Below, in pieces: positions 17,953 to 28,292 of a DNA stretch of 64,000 nt (its first letter is position 1; the number at the start of each line of letters is the position of its first letter). The translations under genes and the position numbers were made by a program. The notes below the pieces were generated by a model that saw nothing but the letters and a program-made list of their open reading frames with translations, was not told the DNA's origin and did not search any database. The stretch lies in the IMG/VR virus record IMGVR_UViG_3300032007_000036, positions 1-64,000 of that record. One strand, written 5' to 3'. Origin of the DNA: a virus (lineage: Duplodnaviria; Caudoviricetes).

Positions 17953-19368
17953 CTATCCTTCAAAGATGAAATCGAGCATTGAGTAGCGCGGCCACAGAAC
18001 TGTAGCGGTGCCACGAGTGTCCTTGCGATCATGCATCGAAGCATTCGCTGACATATCATTGTTATTAGACGCACATAATTCCAGTGGTTTGTCGGGTTGG
18101 ATCAGTGCTCTAACACATCCAAACTTCCTGAGTTCGGGTTCACCTGGCACCCAGAAGGTCTGGTCATGGTTGTCAGCAGTGTAGTCGATAACAGACTTTG
18201 TGATCTCATCGAACAGCAATCCTCGGGACACAGATGGGAACTCTATCGAGAAAATGTTGGACATTGTCTCGAGTCCACCCAGGAACTGAGAGTCGTCGAA
18301 CACAGAAGTTGAAGAGTGTTTAACTACTCTCAAACCCTTGCGATCGAAGATGATCAGGAAACTGTTGTTAGCTGTCTTGAGATCGACAGTGTCAACTGTC
18401 AGAGACCTTGACTTGGCAACTGCCAACCCAGTGTAGTCTCCTTCAGTAGTTCTTGCAGCTATCAAGTTGTCGAACTCGTTAGAGCAGCACTTCCTGTCAA
18501 GGATCATCTCTGGTTTGTAGGACTCAGCCTTGAACTTAAGGATGTTATTGCTCATCAGCTGGAACTCTTCAGGCAAATAAAGTCTTCCGTCTATTACAAG
18601 AAGATAAGACTTATCTTTACTGTACAACTTGTTGGTTGACAGGTTGTCAATAGTTCCAGGAAGATCTGCAAGTTTAACGTACTCGACTTTGCACTGACCG
18701 TCGAAGTCAACGATGACGATGCCACGACTTCTATCTGTCTGGTTCCTTAGGTACCTTGCACCATCAGTCAGCCTGGTAACAAGTCCATACTCGGCGTTAA
18801 CAGTGTGAGTTGGTAAACAACACAAACCATTAACGAAGTAGAGAGAAGTTGTCTGATTGAACCACCCAGTTGTCTGATGAAGAAGCAAGTCATCAAGAAC
18901 AGTCTCATGGTTCCTAAGAACAACTCTTCCAGTATCTGAGTTTAGGGAGATGTACCTTGGAGCAGTTGAGTCCCTTCTGCACAAGTACCTGAGTCTCAGG
19001 TTGTCAAGCCGAGCTCTTGTAGTCTCGTCAACCCAAGCCATTTCTGGAGGAACTTCAGGATGTTCTACTATCCAAGCAGGATTGATGTCTTCCGTGTTGG
19101 AGAACTTTGGGAAGGTGAACTCTATCACTCTTCCAAGTGTGAACATACTGGAGAGACTCCTGGTAGTCCTGATGAACTGCATGCTGTCAAGAACAACCAT
19201 CGTCGGAGAGTGATCCGAAGTGGTGAACCATCCGTACAAGAGAGCATCAGTCTCCCTCAGAACAGACAGAAAATCTGTGATCGACTTGAAGTACTGCGGG
19301 GCGTAGAGGCCCGGTTGTGTACCACGAAGGCAAAAAACTCCTTCGACATGAACTGTTATGTTTGCCAT
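17953..19368 (-). CDS. Putative virion structural (baseplate-type) protein
   Basis: 471 aa with YFVNG and LVIDGRL beta motifs typical of jumbo phage baseplate proteins. Confidence 0.5.
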   Translation of the reverse strand: MANITVHVEGVFCLRGTQPGLYAPQYFKSITDFLSVLRETDALLYGWFTTSDHSPTMVVLDSMQFIRTTRSLSSMFTLGRVIEFTFPKFSNTEDINPAWIVEHPEVPPEMAWVDETTRARLDNLRLRYLCRRDSTAPRYISLNSDTGRVVLRNHETVLDDLLLHQTTGWFNQTTSLYFVNGLCCLPTHTVNAEYGLVTRLTDGARYLRNQTDRSRGIVIVDFDGQCKVEYVKLADLPGTIDNLSTNKLYSKDKSYLLVIDGRLYLPEEFQLMSNNILKFKAESYKPEMILDRKCCSNEFDNLIAARTTEGDYTGLAVAKSRSLTVDTVDLKTANNSFLIIFDRKGLRVVKHSSTSVFDDSQFLGGLETMSNIFSIEFPSVSRGLLFDEITKSVIDYTADNHDQTFWVPGEPELRKFGCVRALIQPDKPLELCASNNNDMSANASMHDRKDTRGTATVLWPRYSMLDFIFEG

Positions 19369-19389
19369 GTAGGCCCCTTATTCCTTTTC

Positions 19390-19851
19390 TTAATGTACCC
19401 GTGTCCCGTTGACACGAATGATGACGTCCTCCACAGGAGCGTCTTCAGGAACTGGATCATTCCAGAAGCCTCTTCCGTCACAAAATGGACACTTGGCTGT
19501 GTCCGAAGCACTCCAATCCCAAGGTAATGCTATTGTGTCAACCACAAGATCACCTGGGAGACCTATGAAAGATAGGATGAAAGTGAAAGGTCCTGCGACT
19601 CTTCCACCGGAGTTCATCTTCTCATCGAAAGGTGCTTTAAGCAGATGCCACCTGATATGCAAGGACGGATAGATACACATCGGGTAGTTAGGGCAGCTCT
19701 GCCTCTCTACTACTTTAGTGACAGGTTCGAGGGTCACAGGATCGACTGAAGTCTCGTACTTGGAAGGTAGAGGTATCCTCATCACTGAGAAGCACCCTAC
19801 AAAAGTGAGAAGCCAACAAGACGAAACCAGTTTACTTAGCTTTCTTAGCAT
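19390..19851 (-). CDS. Lipoprotein, YceK/YidQ-like
   Basis: Start MLRKLSK after AAGGAGG; lipobox-like FVGC; DLVVDTIALPWD motif. Confidence 0.65.
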   Translation of the reverse strand: MLRKLSKLVSSCWLLTFVGCFSVMRIPLPSKYETSVDPVTLEPVTKVVERQSCPNYPMCIYPSLHIRWHLLKAPFDEKMNSGGRVAGPFTFILSFIGLPGDLVVDTIALPWDWSASDTAKCPFCDGRGFWNDPVPEDAPVEDVIIRVNGTRVH

Positions 19852-20188
19852 TGGCAAGTTCCTCCTTGAGCTCAGCATTCTCCTTCTGGAGTCTGCATAC
19901 TTCATTCTGAAGTTTGACGATGCTCCGCATCTGCAAACGGTTGTTGGTCATGCGTTCAGCATAAACAGCAATAGTTACGTTGTCACCGTAAATATCATGC
20001 TTGACATCTCTTGCTTCGTAGCGATTCTGTTTTTCTATCTCATCTGTGAGAAGAGACACAGTCTTCTTGTACTCTGATACAGGGACTGTACGAACCATAA
20101 CCAGTTCTGCCGGGGAGCTAGATCTCCCATCTGAACAACAACCGGCGAGCATAACTGCAGCAATAAGACCAAATGCAAAAGTTTTCAT
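19832..20188 (-). CDS. Lipoprotein with a C-terminal coiled coil
   Basis: MKTFAFGLIAAVMLAGC lipobox, GGAGG RBS. Confidence 0.7.
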   Translation of the reverse strand: MKTFAFGLIAAVMLAGCCSDGRSSSPAELVMVRTVPVSEYKKTVSLLTDEIEKQNRYEARDVKHDIYGDNVTIAVYAERMTNNRLQMRSIVKLQNEVCRLQKENAELKEELANAKKAK

Positions 20189-20231
20189 TATGTTTCCCTC
20201 CAAAAAATGTTAAGCGGATAAGTTAGACCAA

Positions 20232-20260
20232 GGGTAGAGCGGATGCTGTCCGCTCTACCC
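20232..20260 (-). terminator. Hairpin / terminator
   Basis: GGGTAGAGCGGA/TCCGCTCTACCC stem. Confidence 0.6.
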
Positions 20261-20272
20261 GGGTTAGGTTGA

Positions 20273-21406
20273 TCAGGCATTCTCACCAGAGTTGTCGTCA
20301 GTGTTAGCCGCACCACTGATGTCGTCAGGGTTCGGCTTGTCGACAGACTGCTGGTTGTCGTCCTGCTGTTGCTGATTGTCATCGTCAGTGTTGGCGGGAG
20401 GTGTGGCGGCAGCTACAACACCATCAAGCGCCTTACTGATAAGGGCAAACTGCTTGTTGAGAGCGTTGAAGAGGCCGGAAGCAGACCAGCTGAAGCACAT
20501 GACACAGTCGATGGCACTCCAGAACTCAGAGTTCTTGACCATGACTTCGCTCTCCGTGTCGGTGTCGCGAAGCAGCGCTTCCTTAAACTTCCGCATCACA
20601 GAGACGAACTTCTTCTCGACCTTCGCAGTCTCCTTGATAACATCAGCGAGTTTCTTGGGGTCGTACCCAGTGGCAGTGAGAGTCGAGTTGATGAAGGAGT
20701 CGTCGCATGCCGTCCAGATGTGATTCTCGTTGGCATCACGGAATGCCTTGTAGGCATCCTTAAGCTCCTTGAGGAACTGCTTGTCTTCATCAGACATGTC
20801 TCCACTGTTCTTCTTGGCAATGTCCTTGATGATACCTAGGTTCATCTGATCCGAAGACAGGAACTCAGTATACTTCACAACGTCATCAAGAGCAACAAGG
20901 ATGTTGTTGCACTGGAGAAGCTTGAATTCCATCTTCGTCTCGAAGAACTTGGTCTTGTCATCATCAGACAGACCCTTGATACCACTGATTATTTTCTCGC
21001 GGAGAGCGCTGTTCTCCTCGACGTAAGCGTCGTAGTCGGTAACAACACGGACGAGATCTTCACAGTAGCACTCGAGAGCAGAAGTCATCTCGGTGACAGA
21101 AGCATCGAAGCTCTTCTCGATAAGACCAAGGATCTCTGCCTTGAGCTCACGGTTCTCGGAGGGATCTTGGGAAGGAATGACTACACGACCGAGCATGCAG
21201 TCAAGTCCCCCTTGAGTCTCACCTTCATCCTTCGAGTTGAGGAAGTCGAAGAGTTCGGCTGTCAGTTCATTGCCAAGAAGCTTTTTCCTAACAAGTCCGC
21301 AGTTTCCGTACACTTCAGCACATTCCAGGATGTGTGCAGTGTCATGTTCGAGCTTATTGGCGTAGGCGTCAAGCGACTCGAACTTTGTAGTTGCATTAGG
21401 ATTCAT
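20273..21406 (-). CDS. Putative internal head protein
   Basis: Acidic alpha-helical protein with an ALE protease-type motif; AAAGGA RBS before the ATG at 21406. Confidence 0.55.
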   Translation of the reverse strand: MNPNATTKFESLDAYANKLEHDTAHILECAEVYGNCGLVRKKLLGNELTAELFDFLNSKDEGETQGGLDCMLGRVVIPSQDPSENRELKAEILGLIEKSFDASVTEMTSALECYCEDLVRVVTDYDAYVEENSALREKIISGIKGLSDDDKTKFFETKMEFKLLQCNNILVALDDVVKYTEFLSSDQMNLGIIKDIAKKNSGDMSDEDKQFLKELKDAYKAFRDANENHIWTACDDSFINSTLTATGYDPKKLADVIKETAKVEKKFVSVMRKFKEALLRDTDTESEVMVKNSEFWSAIDCVMCFSWSASGLFNALNKQFALISKALDGVVAAATPPANTDDDNQQQQDDNQQSVDKPNPDDISGAANTDDNSGENA

Positions 21407-21522
21407 TTGTGTCCTTTGTTTGTACAAAAAATAAACACCCCAAGAAGGGTTAAGCTGAGCTCGCGTATATTAAATTACAACGTTTCACGTTGGTAAAATA
21501 TACGCGAGTTCTCAATGAACTT

Positions 21523-24030
21523 TTACGACACGTACAGAACTTCCACAGGGACACCAAGGAGAACCTTGTAGGTGTCACCTGTCCTGTACGCAAACTCAAC
21601 CACCACAGTTCCCATCTGGGACTGAGAAGGTTTCGGGAGGTAGTCGTGAGCAATGGGCGCAGCACGATTAACGTTCTCGACGGATATCCACTTACTGTGA
21701 ACATCCGAGTCTGTTACAGATCTGTACCTGAAGTGCGTCGGCATCGCCGCAGCTTCTTCATCAGCAAAACTGGTGTACCATGTGTCTATTTCAGGATTAA
21801 TGATCCTGTTGTAGAACATCTCTAGGAACACTTCAGTGTTGTTGAATCCGTAGCCGTTCCTAAGCGGATAGAGTTCATTCCACTCTTCCTTCCAGGTCAG
21901 CGGAATGTAGTACGTACCGTAGTCGTTACCGTTCGCGTCAGTCTTGATCTCACAGACCACATAAGGTCTGAAGACATCGGACTGAGGAGCGTGTCTGCCA
22001 TAGACGTTATGTCCGTTAACAATAGTCGGATCAAGCAACTCAGTGCTACCTTCGTGCAACAGCCATTTCTCCATGACTGTGTTGAGGGAGAAGTTGCCGA
22101 GTTTCATCGCGACTGTCTTGCTGGCGGTAGCTCCACCAGAAGCATCCTTGAAGTAGCTGAGAGTCATGTTGTAAGCAGTCGTACCATCGAACACCCAGTT
22201 CTCAGGCATGTTGGCGACCAACACGTATCCGTCTTCACTCGGTTCAGAACCGATGAGTTTAGGAGTCGCATAACTCTCATCGTAAGGAAGGAACTTGAGC
22301 GTGTACTTCTCCGTGGCATGATTCCACACAGGGATGACGCACAGTTTACGGAGAGTATTGCTAGTTCCTGTTACAATGCGAACTCTCTTCCTGCAGGACA
22401 TGCAGGCTCTCGAAGGACGGTTCACAGCAGCGTTCCAACCGAACTTGTTTACAGCGTAAACATAAGTCACACCATTTTCGAATGCGGTCAAGTAGCCATT
22501 GTCTCCAGCAAGAGCGTACTCGTACGACATAGTTGTCGAATTGTACGTCCTGATAAGGTACTGCTTGGTAGGAGAAGGAACCTCAGCTGTCTCAACGATG
22601 TACCTGGTATCCAGCATCGTGGAGTTGACAGGCTTAAACTCGTTCGTTGCAGACGGGAAGAACTTGAACAGAATGTCGAACTCTGTTCCGACAACCGTGC
22701 CGTTGACCTGTTCCAGACCATACTCGAAGTAGGCAATGCCCTTGTAGGCACTGATATCAAGCTCAGTTCCGTCATCGAGACGGATGAACGGCCTGATGTC
22801 AAGACCAGAAGCAGTTGTTCCCTTGGCAACATCCCACACATCGGACACGTTCTGGGCATTACCAAGGCGAGCATTGAACTCGACTATCTGTCCAGACGTA
22901 CGATCGAAGTTCTTGAACGGGGTTCCGGCACGGACTGTGAGTTTAACCGTTAGCACTGTACGTTTGGTGTCACCAACCTTCTCGTATACCGTGAAGTCAA
23001 CTAGTTCACCTGTCGTGAGAGGAGCCTCAGATGCTCTGAGATAGCAGGACTCAGGAAGGTGGACGTTGTTGAGAACGTTCTCACTGTCACGGTGGATGGT
23101 GATAAATTCCCCACGAACAAAACACTTTGTCAGTTCAGGAAGTAGAGTGGCTTTGTCTTCCTCCGTGATGCGAACTTCTTGTTTAGCTCCAGTCTCATCG
23201 AAGTAAACAGCCAGGCAACCAACATACAGATCATACTCACCCTCCGTCTTGATGCTTGTGCGAACAGCTCCAGCAGCAACGTAATTCACAAGCTCTTCCG
23301 CATCGGCATGCGCAGATGCGTACGAGTTAGTGCAGATCGTCGTGTTGACACCATCAACAAGTCTGCTGATAGTGTAGCAGAGTGTACCATGAGCATCTGT
23401 CTGTCCGTAGAGCATGAGCTTGCGGTCAGGAGTCAACTTCTGAATCTGCTTTCCGCTACCGAGTGTTATGTCCTCGACGAACAGCATCATCTGGTCGTTA
23501 TTGTAGTCAATCGCTCTGAGGAGATTGTCAACACCGCCAGTGAAGTTGATAGGAGACAGATGTGACTTGTAGGTAGGTATACCGATATAGAGTCCTGTCT
23601 CAGGATCCACCGGAAGTGTCGATTCATCATCGACGCTATCTACAACTAGAAGCGTGTAAGTTCCGTACTCAGGAGTAGGATCGTCCACAACAACGAGAGT
23701 CTTGGCTGCAGGCACGTATTTACCATGCTCAACATTTGCTTTGTCCTCGTTGTATGTCCAGACATTGGGTTTGTCCAGGAAACGTTCATCAGGTCCAACC
23801 ATCGTCGGATCAGCCATGATCTCTGCGTACGAAATCTCAGAGAATTCAATTGTCCTGTCTTTGCAGGTAGCAGTGAAGTAGGTCTGCGTCGATGACGGCG
23901 CAGTACCTCCTTTACACTGCTCGTACTCGTCCATGTCCGGATCGTACAGCTGCGAAAGCTTGATAACCTCCACGCCGTAGTCACCGAACAGTAGTACGGA
24001 GTTTTTGCCTATGTTTGCATTAGTTGCCAT
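21523..24030 (-). CDS. Virion/baseplate protein (phiKZ gp26-like position)
   Basis: GKYVP near the N-terminus and PTHFR near the C-terminus; synteny gp26-gp27-gp28, divergent from the sheath. Confidence 0.65.
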   Translation of the reverse strand: MATNANIGKNSVLLFGDYGVEVIKLSQLYDPDMDEYEQCKGGTAPSSTQTYFTATCKDRTIEFSEISYAEIMADPTMVGPDERFLDKPNVWTYNEDKANVEHGKYVPAAKTLVVVDDPTPEYGTYTLLVVDSVDDESTLPVDPETGLYIGIPTYKSHLSPINFTGGVDNLLRAIDYNNDQMMLFVEDITLGSGKQIQKLTPDRKLMLYGQTDAHGTLCYTISRLVDGVNTTICTNSYASAHADAEELVNYVAAGAVRTSIKTEGEYDLYVGCLAVYFDETGAKQEVRITEEDKATLLPELTKCFVRGEFITIHRDSENVLNNVHLPESCYLRASEAPLTTGELVDFTVYEKVGDTKRTVLTVKLTVRAGTPFKNFDRTSGQIVEFNARLGNAQNVSDVWDVAKGTTASGLDIRPFIRLDDGTELDISAYKGIAYFEYGLEQVNGTVVGTEFDILFKFFPSATNEFKPVNSTMLDTRYIVETAEVPSPTKQYLIRTYNSTTMSYEYALAGDNGYLTAFENGVTYVYAVNKFGWNAAVNRPSRACMSCRKRVRIVTGTSNTLRKLCVIPVWNHATEKYTLKFLPYDESYATPKLIGSEPSEDGYVLVANMPENWVFDGTTAYNMTLSYFKDASGGATASKTVAMKLGNFSLNTVMEKWLLHEGSTELLDPTIVNGHNVYGRHAPQSDVFRPYVVCEIKTDANGNDYGTYYIPLTWKEEWNELYPLRNGYGFNNTEVFLEMFYNRIINPEIDTWYTSFADEEAAAMPTHFRYRSVTDSDVHSKWISVENVNRAAPIAHDYLPKPSQSQMGTVVVEFAYRTGDTYKVLLGVPVEVLYVS

Positions 24031-27000
24031 TGACATGCTCCCTATGCCGGATGTCATCAGACGGGGTTACCATCTTCACTAGGTGATCAACCAGCTGTTT
24101 GATTCTGCGTGTACCTACTACGATGTTGTGGTATGCAGGGTAAACATCCAAGAACCTGAGATCGTTGGCGGTAATGGACTGGTAGACAACATCGGTAGCC
24201 TTGAGACTGTTGTACGGAGTCAGAGCAGCCTGAGCCAGGAATGTCTCCTTATCCTTGTACGGAACAATATCGAGAGTACCATCGATGAGGTCTTTGACCA
24301 TAGCCATCAGGTAAGTAGAGTAAACCTTATGAGACTTCGGGATGAGTGCAAGGTATGGACGCTCAGGAACTGCCTTTCCGAAGTATTCCCTGACACGATC
24401 CATCTTGCTAAGGTCTAGTTCAGACTCAGCTTCTGCCTCAGCATCAGCATTCATCACGTTCATGACCGAGATAGGAACTTGTGTACGAACCATGAAAGGT
24501 TCACCGTTCTCATGCTTCTCTCTATCAGAGATGGTCAGAGTACGATAGTCCCATGTGAAGTCATGACATACCTTACCACCAACAGACAGAACGCTCAAGC
24601 CATCGAACCAGAACGGAGCTATTCCGTCCCAGGTCACCTTGTTACCGATGATGAATCCCTTAGCACCAGTTCCACTGACTAGTTTGTCAGTAGTCGTGAT
24701 AACTTCGAGAGAATTGTTCTTCTCGTTAAGGTAGCTGATATTCTGCACGTTGGGAGAAAACTCTCCTCTGTAGAATGCAAAGGACATGTAGTCGATACCA
24801 CCTACAAGGATCTTACCATTAAGGAACAAGATCTCGGAGTTCTTCCTTACGACCTTATTCTTCATGTTAGCCCCAATAGGCTCGAATGCATATTCCACAG
24901 GAGTTCCGAATACTCCATGGTTATCACCCTTGTAGTCGACGATGTCGAAAATCTCAGCAGTTGTTTTAACTGCTACTTCCTCTTCATCGGCTGGGTTAGG
25001 GATGATCTCCACCGTTACGAAATCGCCTTGTTTAAGCGCATGGTCCTTAAGACAGACCTTGAGCATCCTTCTGTCGTACTCGAAGAAAGTGAACTCAGGG
25101 TTGTCAGTTATCCACTTGCCGTCTATCTTCAGGTAAGGAGAATTGGTGTAGAACCTTTCAGTAAGTCCTTTGAACTTAGCTTCGTAGGTTTCACCGATCA
25201 CCTCGACATCTGCATCTGCGATCTTGATACCGTTGACGTACACCAGAGGATAGAACTTCGTGTAATCCAGATCAGCAAGAGCTGTAGGAACACGGATAGG
25301 AATGATCTGCTGCTCGTCATCGTAGACAGGATTGCCTTCTTCATCCACATTGATAAGCGGACCATGTAGGTCTGACGTTACCTCGTAGGTGGTCACCCTC
25401 TTGCAGATGATCGCCAGAGTGTGGTAGTAGCCGAAGATCTTGATGTAGTCCAACATCTTGCGATGGCTGAACTCAGGACACCTGTAGCTATTGATGATCG
25501 GAGCGTCAGCTTCTTTGATCACGCCATCCTCGGTACACTCACGATTGAGTCCGCAGTACAGACACTGGTTGGGATTGGTTATTGTAACACCAGGATGCTG
25601 TTTAGCTTCCAGTGCTCCATCTGTAACCTTATCTCCTGTAGAAGTGTTGAGCTGGATAGCAGTGAAGTTGGAGGAAGTACCTGTTTCCAGACGCATCTCC
25701 ATAACTCCCTCAGGAATATCAGATCCTGCTGAGGCAGGAATCTCAACCCATTCACCTGTAACATCAAGCGAATAATACTTCTTACCAGCCAAGAATTTCT
25801 TCTCGGTTGGAGGTCTGTAGTAGACTTGAGCATCTGCTGGTTTAACGGTGGAACCTACTCGGCTAAGCATAGCTGCGGCGTAGGCACTGTTGTCTTCCAG
25901 GTGTGCTGCAGTCCAGAACTCCATGTTGTACTGGATCTTGGACTCATCGTTGATCAGGAACTTGATGATGTCGTCATCGCTATGCGACACGGAGTATAGA
26001 AGGTCGCAGTAGTTCGCATCGCGAACCAAACCCAACTTCTTCTCATGAGTCCTGACGAGAACTCTCACCGTATATTCACCAGCGATAGCTCCTGCAGCGA
26101 TAGCAGTCTGATCAAGAAGATCCTTATCTATAGAAAAATCGTTGTGCGTCAACTGATGGTAGTTCTTCTCACGATCACACATGTGGAAGAGGACTCCGCT
26201 CGTTGCTGCAACGAACCCTCTGTCGATAGCATCATCTGTAACGACATTCGGGATGATGTATATGTCGCATGTGTTGTAAGTAATAAGGTGGTTCTTGCTG
26301 TTGCTGTTCCTCGGTACATGGATCAGTAACCTCTGTTGTCCGTTGTTGTTCGTGTAAACTGGAGGATTCTTACCCATATCGATCTGGATGTCAGCGATGA
26401 CATCTAGGTCGATGACGTACTCGATATAACCATTGATCTTCAGGCTGTTCAAGTAGTTGCCGTACAGCATCCTTCCGTTATAGAAGGCGATAGTGGCTGC
26501 ATTAGGCACAGGATCCTCACGGTAGATCTTGATGCGGTTCATCACATCGATATCCAGCTGCTTCACACCGATTCCGTTATCAGCAGTTCCATCGGAATCG
26601 ATGTACTTGGAGAAGAACACGGCAGAAGGATCAGCGACAGTTGCAACAGAACCATCAGGGTTAACAACATCAAGACATTTGTGGAACATAGCTGCATCCA
26701 CAGCAACTAAAACATGATCTCCCTGAGGAGCTTGCTTGATGTAGATCCCACCTCTCCAGAGGAAAATACCACTGTCGCTATACATCTGGATGTCAACCAG
26801 TGAGCCGCTGCAGTACTCGGCAAGTGATATCCAATCGAGTGCATTGAGTTTGATCGGCCTGAACTGATTCAACTCTACCGAATAGACGTAGTACTGATCT
26901 GAAGAAGGTAGATTGATCTGTTCGAACTCACCTGTCAACACACCAGCTGCTGTTGCGTACTGTTTAGTAGAGATGTCATTACCGTAACCGTCAGAAGAAC

Positions 27001-27142
27001 CAGACGAGACCTCGACGATCCGGTTAAGGATGCGAGGTCTCGTGTTGGTTCTATATTCGGAGTACGGTTCATTCCAGACTCGATCGAAGACGTACTTCTC
27101 CAGCTTGGAGACACAACGCCTTGTCATCGAGAAAATGTTCAT
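24020..27142 (-). CDS. Virion/baseplate protein (phiKZ gp27-like)
   Basis: 1040 aa; VWNEP, QLTHNDFSI, FWTAAHLE and LFLNGKILVGGIDY motifs; synteny. Confidence 0.7.
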   Translation of the reverse strand: MNIFSMTRRCVSKLEKYVFDRVWNEPYSEYRTNTRPRILNRIVEVSSGSSDGYGNDISTKQYATAAGVLTGEFEQINLPSSDQYYVYSVELNQFRPIKLNALDWISLAEYCSGSLVDIQMYSDSGIFLWRGGIYIKQAPQGDHVLVAVDAAMFHKCLDVVNPDGSVATVADPSAVFFSKYIDSDGTADNGIGVKQLDIDVMNRIKIYREDPVPNAATIAFYNGRMLYGNYLNSLKINGYIEYVIDLDVIADIQIDMGKNPPVYTNNNGQQRLLIHVPRNSNSKNHLITYNTCDIYIIPNVVTDDAIDRGFVAATSGVLFHMCDREKNYHQLTHNDFSIDKDLLDQTAIAAGAIAGEYTVRVLVRTHEKKLGLVRDANYCDLLYSVSHSDDDIIKFLINDESKIQYNMEFWTAAHLEDNSAYAAAMLSRVGSTVKPADAQVYYRPPTEKKFLAGKKYYSLDVTGEWVEIPASAGSDIPEGVMEMRLETGTSSNFTAIQLNTSTGDKVTDGALEAKQHPGVTITNPNQCLYCGLNRECTEDGVIKEADAPIINSYRCPEFSHRKMLDYIKIFGYYHTLAIICKRVTTYEVTSDLHGPLINVDEEGNPVYDDEQQIIPIRVPTALADLDYTKFYPLVYVNGIKIADADVEVIGETYEAKFKGLTERFYTNSPYLKIDGKWITDNPEFTFFEYDRRMLKVCLKDHALKQGDFVTVEIIPNPADEEEVAVKTTAEIFDIVDYKGDNHGVFGTPVEYAFEPIGANMKNKVVRKNSEILFLNGKILVGGIDYMSFAFYRGEFSPNVQNISYLNEKNNSLEVITTTDKLVSGTGAKGFIIGNKVTWDGIAPFWFDGLSVLSVGGKVCHDFTWDYRTLTISDREKHENGEPFMVRTQVPISVMNVMNADAEAEAESELDLSKMDRVREYFGKAVPERPYLALIPKSHKVYSTYLMAMVKDLIDGTLDIVPYKDKETFLAQAALTPYNSLKATDVVYQSITANDLRFLDVYPAYHNIVVGTRRIKQLVDHLVKMVTPSDDIRHREHVNGN

Positions 27143-28206
27143 CTGTCAATACTCCCAAGTAGGAAGCTGGAGGAAATCAGATCCGATTCGAACTTGAAAA
27201 GTTTCCGTTTCATGTCGGAGAACTTGGTAAGTCCAGAGAAGATCGGATGTTTGAATCCATGAAGAGTTGCGAGGATGTTGTGAACGAAGTACGGCGGATA
27301 GTAGAGCGCCATGATCGTGGCGTTGCGATCCATCGAAGACCTCGACATGAACCTGACGAAGTTAGTTCCCGTGAACTTGCTCATCCGATCAGGACCGAAC
27401 TTGGCGATAAGCGCACAAGCCATGTCGAAAGTCACTTCATTCTTGTCAGCAAGGGCAAGCTCCTTAGCCAGCTTCTGTCTGTACTCAGCAACAGGCTCTA
27501 GACGAGTCTGGATCTCCTGAGGAGTTCCTAGCCACCTGCAACGGAAGAGAAGAGAAGGAATCTCTTCACTGTCCTTTGTGCTCTGGAGTTGCTGAGCCAT
27601 GTAAAGTGCCAAGATGGTTCTGATGAGCTTCTCTTGCTCGATGTCAAGGTTGAACATCATGCGAAGAGGAGACGTCAGAACGAAGCTGTATGCATCGAGC
27701 ACAACTTCACTCATGGAGGCATTCAACCAACCATCAGAATCGTTGTACGACATGCACAAAGCACCCCTCGAAATAAGCGATGCAAGCCTCGGAGCATCCT
27801 TAATTTGTAAAAAACTATTATATGAATCACGGGAAGAGGATCTTCCCAGGATTGGGGTGAGATTTACCCATGCGTTTCTGTAGGATCGAGGCATGTTCTC
27901 GGAGATGAATCTTCCATCAATTGTGATATCATCCAGAGTGAAGATGGTCGGTACGGAGTCGTCCGCGTCGCTCAAATCAATGAGCGTAAACAATGACTCC
28001 CACTCGTCGCTTTCAATCACTTTTGAGTAGATATCTGCAAACGCGGAGGATACGGTCATCTTCACATTGGATTTGATTCCATTGAAGAAATCTTCGCCGA
28101 GGACAACACTTGGATGCTTGACCATGAATTTGGCCGCTTCAAGCGCCTGATTTTTCAGATCCAAGGCCACACCGAAAGGTGTGTCTGCTATGGTTTTCTT
28201 TTTCAT
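27139..28206 (-). CDS. Conserved protein (phiKZ gp28-like)
   Basis: Divergent from the sheath; MALYYPPYF motif; synteny. Confidence 0.6.
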   Translation of the reverse strand: MKKKTIADTPFGVALDLKNQALEAAKFMVKHPSVVLGEDFFNGIKSNVKMTVSSAFADIYSKVIESDEWESLFTLIDLSDADDSVPTIFTLDDITIDGRFISENMPRSYRNAWVNLTPILGRSSSRDSYNSFLQIKDAPRLASLISRGALCMSYNDSDGWLNASMSEVVLDAYSFVLTSPLRMMFNLDIEQEKLIRTILALYMAQQLQSTKDSEEIPSLLFRCRWLGTPQEIQTRLEPVAEYRQKLAKELALADKNEVTFDMACALIAKFGPDRMSKFTGTNFVRFMSRSSMDRNATIMALYYPPYFVHNILATLHGFKHPIFSGLTKFSDMKRKLFKFESDLISSSFLLGSIDR

Positions 28207-28292
28207 TTTTCAATCCAAAAGAAGGTCCAAAAATCTGTAGTTTGAAACACAACTATAGTATCGTTTGAACCAAGAAATCAAAGGAAGTCAAT

